A stretch of DNA of 64,000 nt from Adineta vaga (Eukaryota > Animalia > Rotifera). The notes under the pieces were generated by a model. The model ran no database searches, was not told the DNA's origin, and saw only the letters and a program-made list of their open reading frames with translations. The stretch lies in contig CP075492.1 of NCBI GenBank assembly GCA_021613535.1, positions 19,654,001 to 19,718,000 of the forward strand. Direction: 5' to 3'. The position numbers and the translations under genes are program-made. Shown one piece after another: positions 63,399-64,000 of this stretch (positions are counted from its first letter, which is position 1; every line of letters begins with the position of its first letter).

Positions 63399-64000
63399 TT
63401 AGTCATCCGTTTTTTTGTCTAGTGTAATCTTATAATCGTTGTGTTGGCGACCGTCCAGACGAACGAATTCTTGTTTCATATTGGGATTATTTCGATTACC
63501 AATAATCAATCGTGTATTAATAACTGGTGATCGTCGAAATGTATCATTCCAAAGTCGATGTACATCTTGTTTAAATGACGTCAGACGTCTTTCATGAGTG
63601 TAATGGATGATTAGTTAGTTGTCCCATTTCGAATGTTTCTGTGGCTTAGCTTGGACCATGACGTGTTGGGAAGAGTTTCCATGTGGAATGTCTTGTATTC
63701 TAGTCAATCGTGAAGCAAGTTGATATTCTGAAACAGTTGGTTTATGCAGAGTTTGATGACGAATGTTGTTAAAGTCGTTCTCGTCATCAATTAGTGTTTG
63801 GATGTTGGAACTCTGTATGTATGGAGAGAAAAATCGTTTGAATTGGGCCATGATGAAACAAGATGGATACCTAAATAGTTTCGATGAAAACATTATATCT
63901 AAATTAAGCGTATGTTCAAGGATTACTTATTATAAAGGAGCATTAATTTAATAGTGCGTTGTTCACTCTGAAAAATCGACAATGTCGATGAATAACGTAT
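63399..64000 (-). pseudogene. C-terminal region of an Athena-like RT, with an intron and an in-frame stop
   Basis: IKLMLLYN..|YPSCFIMAQFKRFF...KWDN*LIIHYTHERRL...DVHRLWNDTF...NTRLIIGNRNNPNMKQEFVR. Confidence 0.7.

Larger units (their letters stand above)
60802..64000 (-). mobile_element. 3' part of an Athena/Terminon-type endonuclease-less Penelope-like retroelement
   Basis: RT C-terminus at 63399-64000, two co-oriented hammerheads (63133, 60843), an intervening co-oriented ORF, and a 3' end abutting TGAGGG/TGTG repeats at 60802-60833. Confidence 0.8.

Noticed and set aside
18146-63617. Alternative genetic code or programmed readthrough suggested by single in-frame stops (18146 TAG, 26022 and 27580 TGA, 45556, 53874 and 63615 TAA)
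   Set aside because: All three stop codons are involved, they replace different expected residues, most fall in decaying TEs, and intact genes end normally with the same codons.

Overview
AT-rich eukaryotic DNA with short (~50-60 nt) GT-AG introns, most likely a bdelloid rotifer. This is an inference from TGTGGG/TGAGGG telomere-type repeats, Athena/Penelope-like retroelements with hammerhead ribozymes, ART-TPR, F-box/LRR and FG-GAP family genes, and intronless bacterial-looking genes. The window looks like a TE-rich, possibly subtelomeric accessory region. The first ~22.5 kb holds a cluster of candidate defence or RNA/ADP-ribose-modifying genes. These are an ARTC-type ADP-ribosyltransferase-TPR gene, a TUT4/7-like nucleotidyltransferase with Arg at the UTP-selecting His position, an F-box/LRR gene, a spliced gene encoding TM-Macro-Macro-PARP, and a spliced gene fusing a Got1-like membrane domain to a P-loop GTPase. 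The two fusions appear only after manual splicing. The rest is a mosaic of DNA transposons (Tc4/Tc5-like, two hATs, a foldback element, a Helentron-type HINE, a MULE nested in a piggyBac-type element, mariner, ISL2EU/Harbinger) and two Penelope-like retroelements with three hammerhead ribozymes. It also carries a neprilysin, an HSL-family esterase, secreted Cys-rich proteins and a second ART-TPR copy with one nonsense codon. About nine short head-to-head telomeric-repeat foldbacks (G-arm, spacer, C-arm) are scattered across the window. All family assignments come from motif recognition by eye; no database searches were run.
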